The position numbers were made by a program, and so were the translations under genes. From an uncultured Lachnospiraceae bacterium (lineage in GTDB: Bacteria > Bacillota > Clostridia > Lachnospirales > Lachnospiraceae), in assembly GCA_945913255.1 (NCBI GenBank), contig CAMEDC010000004.1, positions 24,520 to 88,519 on the forward strand: a stretch of 64,000 bases of DNA, read 5' to 3'. Shown here one piece after another: positions 16,822 to 28,800 of the stretch (the stretch's first letter is position 1; every line of letters starts with the position of its first letter). A model generated the notes under the pieces. It did no database searches and was not told the DNA's origin. It was given only the letters and a program-made list of their open reading frames with translations.

Positions 16822-19800
16822 CTATTGCTTTTTGGAATTTTCCTTTCCCTTTCTTCTTAATGTATACCCGGTGCCAAGTAAAATCAGTATCACCGTCGGA
16901 ATCATCCACATATACCCATGACCGCCCTCCGGCTCTTTTACCAGATTCTGTGTGATGACATCCGTTCCTCCCTGGGCGTAGGAATCTACCAGAAGAACCG
17001 CACCCTTTTCCACAACGAGGGCATATTCCGAACTGCTGTCGACAAACATGCTGACAACGTTTTCCTCCATTGTGAACTCAACCTGTTCCGTACATACATT
17101 TCCCGCTTCATCGGTATACACACGCACAATCTGATATTCAATCGGCTCCCCATCCACAGAACGGTATTCTGCCGGAATCTCGAAGGATACCTTAATGGGT
17201 GAATCTATACCGACCTTTACCTCTTCACTGTCACCAATTTTCTTAAACAGGCTCATTTGCAGGAAAGAAATTGTTCTCTTATCTTCCGGTATCGCATCAA
17301 GTACAGCCTGTTGATACTTCACCGAAACCTTCTCATCCTCTATCCTTGCCACTTCAGCACGCAGGCTCACGGTTTCTCCGTCAAGTACAGCCTGCTTCTC
17401 CTTGTCTGTTAAGACAGCCTTCACAATCGATGCCATCTCTTCTTCGGCGATAACCGTATTCATAACACCTGTTTCAGAAAATCCCGATACACTTTGAGAT
17501 GGAAGCTTGTTTTCAGCAATAGTCTCTCCAAAGGAATCCGTTCCGGCCACCACAATATTACCTGTTTCAAGTGCCTGATGAATAAGCTCCTCTATACGGT
17601 TTTCACTGGAAGGCTCCTCTTCTCCGGTTGTTTCTTCTGCTTTCTTCTCATCCGCTTCTGTTCCGGCTGACGGTTTTTTCGTCACTGTCACAGTATCTGT
17701 ATTCACAGGTTTTACAACTGTCTCTTCCACTGCCGGAACATCATCTTCCTCCTCATCGTCGGTATTATTCGTGTTTGTGCTTTCCGGATCTTTTTTCACA
17801 TAGCTGCTTCCGGGCAGATTCTGAATGACAGCACTTGATGTATCTGCATCATGGCTCATCTCTATTCTCCCCTCATTTGTAATGTCACCGCTCAATTTAT
17901 GAATTCCGGAAATTGTACCTGCTTTACCGTTCTCAAGAGGTCCCGCTACATTACCGCCGCTGATTGCTCCATTATTGACCGTACTGCCGTCCGCATCAGA
18001 AGCACCGTTTAAGCTGCCGTTGTTATTGTCAATCGTTCCGTTGTTCGCCAAGAAACCGGGCGCCTTACTGGAAATATCACCTGCATTGATAATCTTTCCG
18101 CCTTTATTATTTTCCAGAGTTCCGCCATTGACAATATTACCTTGATTTTGCAGGATTCCGCCTTCCTCGTTTGTCAGGGTTCCACCTTCTTCAATGCGGA
18201 TATTTCCCTTGTTCTCCAGACTTCCGCCGTCACCAATTACCACTTTGCTTCCCTCAGGAACCTCCAGTGTTACTCCCTCAGGTACGCTTACAGGACTGTT
18301 AATCACCACCGGTGATGTCACAGGGGTCACCGTAACAGGCTTTTCACCCTCCGCATTCTTCTCCTGTGCCGCCTCCAGTGCCTCCTCCAGTGTAGAATAA
18401 TACTCTGTCTTAGGATTGCCGTTTTCGTCCTCATAGGTAATGGATGACTCTGCTCCGGGAAGCCCTGCTTCCGGAAGTTTACCGGTGTAACCGTTCAGAT
18501 TCGAAACTTCCGCACGGTCTACCTGACCTTCATTATTGGTGCTGCCGCCGGTCTGGTTCAAATCACCAATGGTACCGTTTTCGCCATTGTTCATTTCACC
18601 GCCGCTCTGCTCCACATCATGAATGTTTCCGCTGTTGTCAATAGTGGCATTGTCTTTATTCTCGAGCTTGCCCGTTACATCTCCATCGTTGTCAAAACTT
18701 CCGTTTTCACGGTTTACCACATTCGTTAAATCACCCGTGTTATTTAAATTGCCTGTGTTGTCCACATTGCCCTCGACTCTGCCCTCGTTGGACATATCTC
18801 CGGCATTTTCCACATCACCCTCAATATAGCTGTTCTCACCCTTGTTGGTCAGGCTGCCGCCTTCTTCATTCTTCAGGCTTCCGCCTTCCTCGTTCTTCAG
18901 ACTGCCGCTGTTGGTCAGGTTTCCGCCTGTCTTATTGGTCAGACTGCCACCCTCTTCATTTGTCAGACTTCCGCCTTCCTCAATCTTCAGATTGCCCCCA
19001 TTGCCAAGATTGCCGCTGTTTGTCAGCTTTCCACCGGACTGAATATCCAGTTCACCATCCTCCTCAATTTGGATGTTACCCTTATTGTCCAGGCTGCCGC
19101 CCTCGCCGATTGTTATCTGATTATCCGAGGGAATAGTCAATGTCACTCCCTCAGGTACACTTACAGGACTGTTAATCACCACCGGTGTTGTCACAGGGGT
19201 CACCGTAACAGGCTTTTCACCCTCCGCATTCTTCTCCTGTGCCGCCTCCAGTGCCTCCTCCAGTGTAGAATAATACTCTGTCTTAGGATTGCCGTTTTCG
19301 TCCTCATAGGTAATGGATGACTCTGCTCCGGGAAGCCCTGCTTCCGGAAGTTTACCGGTGTAACCGTTCAGGTCAGACACCTCCGCACGGTCTACACGTC
19401 CTTCATTATTAGTCTTTCCACCGGTCTGGTTCAAATCACCAATGGTTCCGTTTTCACCATTGTTCAACTTACCGCCGCTCTGATTCACTTCTTCGATGGT
19501 TCCGTTTTCACCGTTGTTCAGCTCACCACCACTCTGATTTACTTCTTCGATGCTTCCGCCTTCAACATTGTTCAGCTCACCGCCGCTCTGATTTACCTCT
19601 TCGATGCTTCCGCCTTCAACATTGTTCAGCTTACCGCCGCTCTGCTCCACATCATGAATGTTTCCGCTGTTGTCAGTAGTGGCATTGTCTTTATTCTCGA
19701 GCTTGCCCGTTACATCTCCATCATTGTCAAAACTTCCGTTTTCACGGTTTACCACATTCGTTAAATCACCTGTGTTATTTAAATTGCCGGTATTGTCCAC

Positions 19801-22800
19801 ATCTCCTTCGATTCTGCCCTCATTTGACATGTCTCCGGCATTTTCCACATCACCCTCAATATAGCTGTTCTCACCCTTATTGGTCAGGCTGCCGCCCTCT
19901 TCATTCTTCAGGCTTCCGCCTTCTTCATTGGTCAGACTGCCGCTGTTGGTCAGGTTTCCGCCTGTCTTGTTGGTCAGGCTGCCACCTTCTTCATTTGTCA
20001 GGCTTCCTTCATTGTCCAGATTGCCGCTGTTTGACAGCTTTCCACCGGACTGAATATCCAGTTCACCGCCCTCATCAATATGAATGTTACCCCGGTTATC
20101 CAGATCTCCGTTCTCACCGATTACAATCTTATTTCCTTCGGGAACCTCCAATGTCACGCCTTCCGGTATGGTTACAGGACTGTCAATCACAAAAGGCGAC
20201 TCAGTCAGTGTCACTGTCACAGGACTATTTCCATCAGAATTTTTCTCTCTTGCAGCTTCAAGCGCTTCCTCCAGCGAAGAGAAATATTCTGTCTTAGGAT
20301 TGCCGTTTTCATCCGAATAAGTTATGGATGCCTCCACTCCGTCAAGACCACTCTCAGGCTGCTTTCCGGAGTAATTATTCAAATCAGATATGGATGCATC
20401 GTCAATTCTGCCTTCATTGTTTGTCTTACCGCCGGTCTGCGTCAAATCACTGATTTTTCCGTCACTACCGTTATTTAAATCTCCACCGGTCTGCAGATAC
20501 TCGCTGATCTCTCCACCCTGATCATTGTCAAGTTCACCGCCGCTCTGCTTCACCTGGTTGATTTTCCCGCAGTTATCGGTCTTTGCGTTATCCTTATTCT
20601 CCAGCTGACCGTTGACATTTCCATCATTGTCGAAAGTGCCGTTCCCACGGTTCGTCACATTGTTATCAATGTTGCCGCTGTTATTCAGGTCGCCGGTATT
20701 ATCCACTTCACCGCTGATAATACCCTGATTTTCCATATCGCCCTGATTTTCTACATCGCCGCCGATATAACTGTTTTCTCCCTCATTTCGGAAGCTGCCG
20801 CTTTCATCATTGGTCACATCACCCAGGATATCTCCGGTATTTTCCATCTCCCCGGCATTCTCCACATCACCGTCAATTTCGCCGTTGTTCTTAAAGTCAC
20901 CGCCCTCTTTATTACTGACATTACCGGCAATATTTCCCTTGTTTTCCGTGGTTCCCTTGTTCTCAATGTCGCCTTCCACCGTTGTACCTTCATCAATCAT
21001 CAGGTTTGCGCCGGAATCTACCTTCATATCCGTCTGCAGAGCACCAATGCCGTCAGTTGAACTATCCGTTATCTCTGTTGTGCCGGGAGCCTTTACCTCC
21101 ACAGGCCCGCCGCTCACCTTGTTACCGCCCAGATCGAGGGTTATCTTCTTTCCGTTCTCATTTCCAATCTCCGTCACAGGCGTATCGGGATTTGCGGCAT
21201 CGGGAAGAGAGGTATCCTTCAATACCTCAATTGTGACATCCTCCGGTGATTGATTTGCATCCTTGATGGCGCTCGCAAGATCTCCGTAAAGCTTATCGCC
21301 GATTTTGGCCACAGCATCCCCTTCCATCGTGGTCGGATTCTTGCCTTCATAGCTTCCGCCGTCAAACTCTACGGAAGTGATGTTTCCGTCTTCGCTGTTC
21401 TTAACACTGCCTGATTCCTGCTTTAGGGAGCCAATGGTTCCACCGTTTGTGGTATCCCCATTGTTGATCAGTTCAGTAATCTCACCCTCATTGTTCAATT
21501 TTCCGCTGTTCTCCACCTTGGAAGCCTCGACGCCTTCCTCAATGGTCAAATCACCCTTGTTGTCAATGGGTACGGTTACAGAACCACTCTTTCCTTCCGA
21601 GGAATCTGTCAGTTTTGTATCTGTTGCATTCTCGGTAATCTCCATATCGGAAGGTTCCCCAATTTCATGACCGTTCAAATCAATAGTGATTCCGGGCTTG
21701 TCCACTACGATGGTTTCGCCGTTTTCACCCTTTATGTCATCCAGAAGCTTCAGTGTCGCATTGCCCTCAGTATCGTTCAAAGCCTCTTCCAGAGAAGGAT
21801 AATATGTCGTATTTGTGCTTCCGTCAGGATTCTGTGTAATAACCGCCACTTTTGCACCGGAATATTCCATATCATCAGCAGGCTGTCCCTTAAATTCACC
21901 ACCGCTGACATCTGCGGAATCGATTCCGCCGTTGGGGTTCTGATTATCCAGGGTACCGCCCGTCTGCTCCACATCACCAACGGTACCTGTTTCTCCGTTG
22001 GTAAAGGTACCGTTTTCCTGCTTTAATTGTCCACCAATGTCCCCGTTATTCTCCATGTCACCCGTATTGGTCACATTGCCGGGAGCAATCGTGCCGTTGT
22101 TGGTTGTCTTTCCGGCATTATCCAGATCGCCTGTCGCCGTCACGTCTTCTCCGAGAGTCAGATCACCATCCTTCTTCACATCAATATCACTGCCGATTTT
22201 ACCTTTTTCTCCGGTTTCCGGGCTGCCGGTATCCGTAAAGGTAACTTTGGAATCAGCAGGCGTACTTCCGCCTTCTCCTGTATCGGAACCGATCTGAATC
22301 TTTCCGCCGGTAATATCATTACCCTTTAAGTCAATATTGATCTCCTTGCCATTCGTATTGTCAATGACAAGAGCAGGTGTCTCAGGCAGTGTTACATCCT
22401 TCAAAAGTTCGATGTTCACATCTTCCTCTGATTGATTGGCATCCTCAATGGCGCTCTGTAAATCTCCGTAAAGCTTATCCCCTATTTTCGCCACAGCATT
22501 ATCAATCGGGGTAGACGGCTCGTCTCCCTCATAGCTTCCACGCTGTAAATCTACGTCGCCGATTCCGCCGGGTGCCGTTTCAGAATCATCCTGATTGACC
22601 GTTTTTCCACCGGTCTGAACAATCTGATTGGTAGTTGCACCCTCTTCATTGGTATAGGTTCCGTCCTTTTGTTCCACTGTTCCGGTTACTTCGCCCGCAT
22701 TGTCAAAATCACCGGTATTTTCCACATCCCCGGTCACAGTTCCGTCGTTGTCAATGTCACCGGCATTGTTCACATCTCCGGAAATGTTGCCTTTATTGTT

Positions 22801-25800
22801 CAGCTTACCCTTATCGCTGTTTGTCACATCACCACTGACGGAAATTCCCTCATCAATGGTAAGGTCGCCGTCATTGGTCACAGGGGCAGACACCGTTCCC
22901 TTCTCACCATCCGGTTTGCTGTCCGTAATGGTCAGACTGGTCCCTTCTCCGGTATGAATCGTAGAAGGTGTTGTCACATTATGTCCGTTCAAGTCAAGGA
23001 TAACAGGCGTTACAGGATTCTTAGCCGTAGTAAAATCAATCTCTTCCTCTGTAATATCCTTCAGCAGTTCAACAGTTACCGGACCATTCTCCATTCCTGC
23101 TGCATACTCCAGGGCATCATCCAGACTTACAAAGTAAACAGGTTCTCCGCCTCCGGGAGGTGTAATTTTAGCAACCTTTCCATCGGTTTCGTCCGCAGGA
23201 GTTGCACCATTTATCTTTTCGGGTGCTTTTCCCGTATATCCGCCTTTATCAATATCAGCATCCTCAATTGTACCGCCTTCCTGATTTTCCGTATTACCTC
23301 CGGTCTGAGTCAGCTTCTCAATCTTTCCGGCATTATTCGTATCGCCGCCCTCCTGATTCAGATTCTGAATATTACCATCCTCGCCATTGGACAGACTGCC
23401 GCCCTTCTGATCCACATCCTTCAGATTACCGTTGTTTTCCGTATCTCCCCGGTTGGTCAGTTTCTCAATGTTACCGTCCTTCTCGACTTTCAGTTTGCCG
23501 TCATTGTCCACATCTTTAGCGGTAATATCCTTTCCTACATCAAGAGAACCATCCTCTTCTACCTTCAACGGGGTCTTTACGATGCCCTTTCCCGTGTCAG
23601 CATCTTCACCGTTTTCAGGTTCATTTTTCAGAGTAACTCCCGAATCGGAACCGGCGGGAGTTTCCCCTCCGTCCTGACCAATCTGAATTCCCTTCTCAGG
23701 GTCTGATCCATCCCCCAACTCATGGTTATTCAGGTTGATAACAACAGGTACATCCGGATCAAGCACAACAGGTGTATCATCGCCCAGTCTGTCATCCGGA
23801 ATATCCTTCAGAATCGTAATTTCAAAGGGACTCGGCACATCAGGGTCTGAAGGATCCTGCTCATTGGCATCCTTCACCGCATCTTCAAATTTTCCATAAT
23901 AGGTCACAGGAGTGGTATTGCTCTTTGCCACTGCGCCGTCCGGAATCTGCGGAGCAGCCTCTTCTGCGGGAGTATAGCTTCCACCCTCCATCTCTACCTT
24001 CGTCTTTACTTCATTATTATTGTGGAAGTCGCCGTCCTTCTGAATCACATTGTTCATGGTTCCATCATTGGTCGTATCGCCTTCATTGGTAAAGACACCG
24101 GTAACGTTGCCGTCATTGTCAAAAGTACCTTTATTATTGACCGGTCCACTGACAACTGCATTGGGTTCTACCTGCACCTTTCCATCCTCTTCATTGGTAA
24201 GTTCACCGCTTACCTTGACGTATTCGCCAATGGTGAGTTCGCCGTTATTATCAATCGAGGCAGAAATTTCACTGATACAGGTAGCAGAACCCTTGCCGTT
24301 GACAAAGGAAACCTTACCGCTTGTTGTCACTGTACCGCTGGAAAGATTGCAGCCGTTCAAATCTACCGTTATGGCATATCCATTCTGATTGTTCAAGTCT
24401 ATGGTAGTATTACGGTTATCCACAGTGGAAAGAACCAAGATCGTCGCATCACCCTCAGACGCATTGGCAATATCCACTGCGTCTCTGAAATCTACATAGT
24501 ACTCGTTTCCGTTCATAATGGTATTATAGCCGGTCAGTCCTTCCGGCGCATTCTCCAGTACATGCTCCACAAAGTAGCCGTGCTCCAACTTTGCAGTTCC
24601 GATGGAACCATAGTTTTCAAATTTACTCTTCTCATAGGTCTCACTGTCCTGCTGTGTCATAGCAAGAACAGTCCCATGGTTATTTGTTATACCGAGATTT
24701 AACAATTCGCCCACAACAATCTCGTTCGTGAGTTCACCACGGTTCTCTATAGACAGCTTATTTGCTCCATTCGGTGTTCCCTGGGAATCCAGCAAGGTTA
24801 CCACTGCACCATCCTCAATCAACAGCGTGGAATCACCGTCCTCCGCAGAGCTGCCTACAGTGTGACCATTCAGGTCAATGCTGTATGCTGTAATTCCTTT
24901 GAGAGCATCTATCTCAATATCTTCAAAATCCTTCTGCAACTGAATCACAGAATTATTTCCATAGTTAGCCGCATATTCAATAGCAGCTGCTATCGATTCA
25001 AAATAACCGATTGTACCATCATCCAGTTTAATTGTGGCTGCTGCATCGGACACTTCCGTTTCCGTGGTGGATACCAGTTTTTCCGTGCCGACCGTAACGA
25101 TAATATCATCCGTCACAGCTGCAATGGTAAATACACCGTCCTCTCCCACAAGTAATTTACCGTTTGCCTTCACTGCCTTCAGTTTATACGCAGGTTTTAC
25201 CGCCACAGTAAATTGGTATTCTTTTCCGTCATAGATATTGTTGACTGCATAATACGAGCCATCCTCATCCTCGCCCGGAACAAAGTCAAAATTCTCATCC
25301 GGTGTGATGGTGTACTTTTCGTCATCTACTCGCAGTGTAACAGTATGCGCCGGAAGAAGCTCCCAGCCTGCATAGTAAGTCACGCGACCCACCTGAGCAG
25401 TATCTACCTCCGTGACAGCATCACCCAAAAGTTCTTCCTTGTCGAACCAGCCAAGGAAAGTATAGTTTTCCCTTGTAATCCGGGTACTGTCGGGCAGGGT
25501 AACATTGCTGCCACCGTGCTGATACTGTTCCGCAGGTGCAAAGTTCTCTGCATAGCTGCCGCCGTTTGTCTTCAGCGTAATTGTATATTTATTGGCAATC
25601 CATTTTGCATATACCACAACCTCATCAGCCGTATTGGAAGCTGAAATCTCCGTAACGGCTCTTCCGGTTCCGCGAGGTGCCGTATACCAGCCGCCGAAGG
25701 TATAACCCGTTTTCTCCGCTTCCGGCAGCGTAGTTGCAACTCCCTTGACACCCTTTTCGGGAGCAGTTGTCACAAAGGTTCCCGTAAACGCAGTACCTGT

Positions 25801-28800
25801 GGTAGAACCATTTACCTCTTTGTATGTGATGGTATAATTCAGATTTGCAGCCTGTTCCTCTGCTTCTGTCTCAATCTCTTCCGGTGTCTTCCCGGCTCCC
25901 TCCTCTGTAGTAGAACTTACATAACCCAATACAAAGGTGATGGAACCGCCGCCAACCTCACTGGGAATCAGCGTAAAGGTATACTGGTTATTTTCATCAA
26001 ACACAGCATTTGTTAAGGTACGTTTTAATATTCCATCGGAATAAATAGAAACAACATTGGCTTCCTTTCCTGTGCGATTGGTAATTGTCACCTCATAAGA
26101 GGTATCTGCACTGTACTCGGAATCTTCCCCGCCGGTTCCGGGATCATCGGGATCGGTTCCCTCGCCGGGCGTATCCGGGTCAGTGGGTTTTACGGAAACC
26201 TGAACATCGGCATCCGGTTCCGTACCCGGTGTATCTCCGCCGGATGTACCTCCGTCCGGGTCATTCACGTCGGGAAGGACATTAAAGTCAACCGGCTTCG
26301 CTTCCCAGTGGGCATACAATGTAGCAGCATCCAGGTACCGGGTTGCACTCATATTCTCGGAGAGACAGCCATCTGCACAAATCATCTGTATACCGCCATC
26401 TGCTTCCGTATAATATCCCAGGAAATTGTAGCCTTCCTTCTGCGGAATTGTAATTCCCGAAACGCCATTTACCGGGTTCGTGCAATCTTCCTCTGCATAA
26501 AATCCTGCAGAGTACTTTTCATAAATTACAGCTGTTCCTGACGTTGTTGCTTCCTGATTGTCCAAAGTGATTTCGTAAATGCCGTATGTATATACCGCAT
26601 TTACGGTTGTGTTTTCTGTAATGCCGTTAATCACCGCAGGATTCCACCCGGCGAAGGTATATCCCGTTCTGGCAGGATTCTGAACCGTTTCTCCTGCAAC
26701 CTGGCTTGCAGTTCCTGCCGTTACCGTGCTGCCATATGACACATGCTTATACTGCGTGCGCAGCGAAGTATCATCACAGCCGGGTGCACGATAAGTTACA
26801 ATAATATATCTGCCGTTTTCAACCTCTACGTTGATTGAATCACTCTCTGTATGGTTTTCATCTGCAGCATATTTGAATTCATAGGTTCCGGCAGTAAGTC
26901 CGGTAATTTCGCCTGCTTCCAGCTGTGCATCAGTCACCGTATTCCACGCAATCTGCCCGCTCTTTCGATATTTCAGAGTCGGACGGTTTGCCTGTGCAGT
27001 AAGGATAATGGAACCATCCGTTCCGCCATAATAAGTTGTCGCGGAACCTTCAATTCCGCTGGGAGGCGCATACTGTGCCGTAGTTACCTTTAATTCTGCC
27101 ACATTGGATACAGCCACGATTTCCTGCCCGGTAATATTTCTGGTGGAAGTCACCACACAATATACATGATAACCACCATACTGAAGTCCCTCCATGCTCT
27201 CTCCCTGTCTGATTTCGAAGGGATTCACATCCAAGCCGCTGATTCTCAGGGTTGCCTTGTTGGCACCGGAAATGGTAATGGGCGTTCCGGAAGGCGCAAA
27301 GGGTGTATCGCTCTCCGCCTTAATCTTGCCGTACAATGCATCATATACAGTATCGCCTCTGCCGAAGGTACCGTTCTGCAGTGCCACACCATCCTGGTTC
27401 TGATAGGTCCAGGAAAGTTCATTGTCCAGCTCAATCTCATAATAAGGTGCAATGTACCACTGATAGCTTGCTACATGGTTCTTGCTGGTTTCCGCGTGCG
27501 CCGTAAACACAGCTCTCTCACCATAGGAAATGGTATCCTGAGGAACCGTAATGGAAACGGAGGTCGCCGTCACAGGCGGCAGTTCATACCCTATCGCCGT
27601 GATGGTGATATCACCGTTAATATACCGTCTGTTGATTTCCAAAAAAGCCTTTTTCCTGTTGTCATAAACACTGTAGGAATAACCCGTATCCTTGGTGAGC
27701 TTTGTAACAGCACCACTCTCCGCATCCGTAACCGTCACCTCAATGTCATCCGGTAGCAGATACCGGTCATCCTCACCTTCCATAGACAAAGTACACGCAA
27801 ATCCGCTGGCATAACCTGCCGCTTCCTGCGCAGTATCACCCTGTTTAATCCTTTCCGTCGTAGCTCCCGGTGTATTGTTGATAATCACAATGTTTCCCAG
27901 TGCCTCCGGCACCAACAGATTACTACTGCCGTTTACCTTCTGCACGGAACAGTTATTGGTCACCGATTTATCCGGCTGAGGAATCCAGTTGGCATAGAGT
28001 GTAACACTCTCCGTAAATTCTTTTCCTGTACTTCCCGCACAGTTTTTATTCTCATCTTCTGCACCCACAGACCAATGCTTAAATTTATAACCGGAACGGG
28101 TAGGAGGCTGAATCGTTTCATTCCCGGTAGACTTCTTTATAGTAATGGTTCCGTCAGTATTCACCGTAATACTCTTCTGATCACTTGTCTTCTTCATCGA
28201 CGACGTACCGTCTGAAAAACACCCTGAACCTGCTTCCAGCGTAGCAATAATATTATTCATAGTGTTGACATCTGACAAACCCATTTTTGTGGTTCTGGTG
28301 ATATATTGGCCCACTGGGATATCCTCTGTAATTTCCCATGAAAAGGACAAACCTGAATCACCTTTAAATTTTTTATCATATGTGGTTGGTGCAAAAATAT
28401 GGGCATCTCTGTATGAATACCCACCATACCAAAACGAGAAAAGTTTATCAACACCAAATGCAAAGCCGTCTGTATATAGACGAAACTGTTGATCCGGCAC
28501 TGCATTCGGATAAGCCCTATCCGCATTTGTCTTACAATCTGATCTCGATGTCATATTTAAGTAGGACACTCCGCCGGCCGTATCTTTGGGCTCTACTGTT
28601 GCCCAGTCATCCCCGGCAATCATGACATCTGCACTGGCGCCAAAATACAGTTTATCCGTATACGCCGAAGTTCCCCGGTTTTCAAAAATATAGGTCACAT
28701 CTACAAGACTGTCTTCCAAAGTGCAGACCAATGCTACATAGATATTGGTACCGGACAGCTGTTTAAAGATATCATCGCCTTCAGTGGATACCATGCTGGC

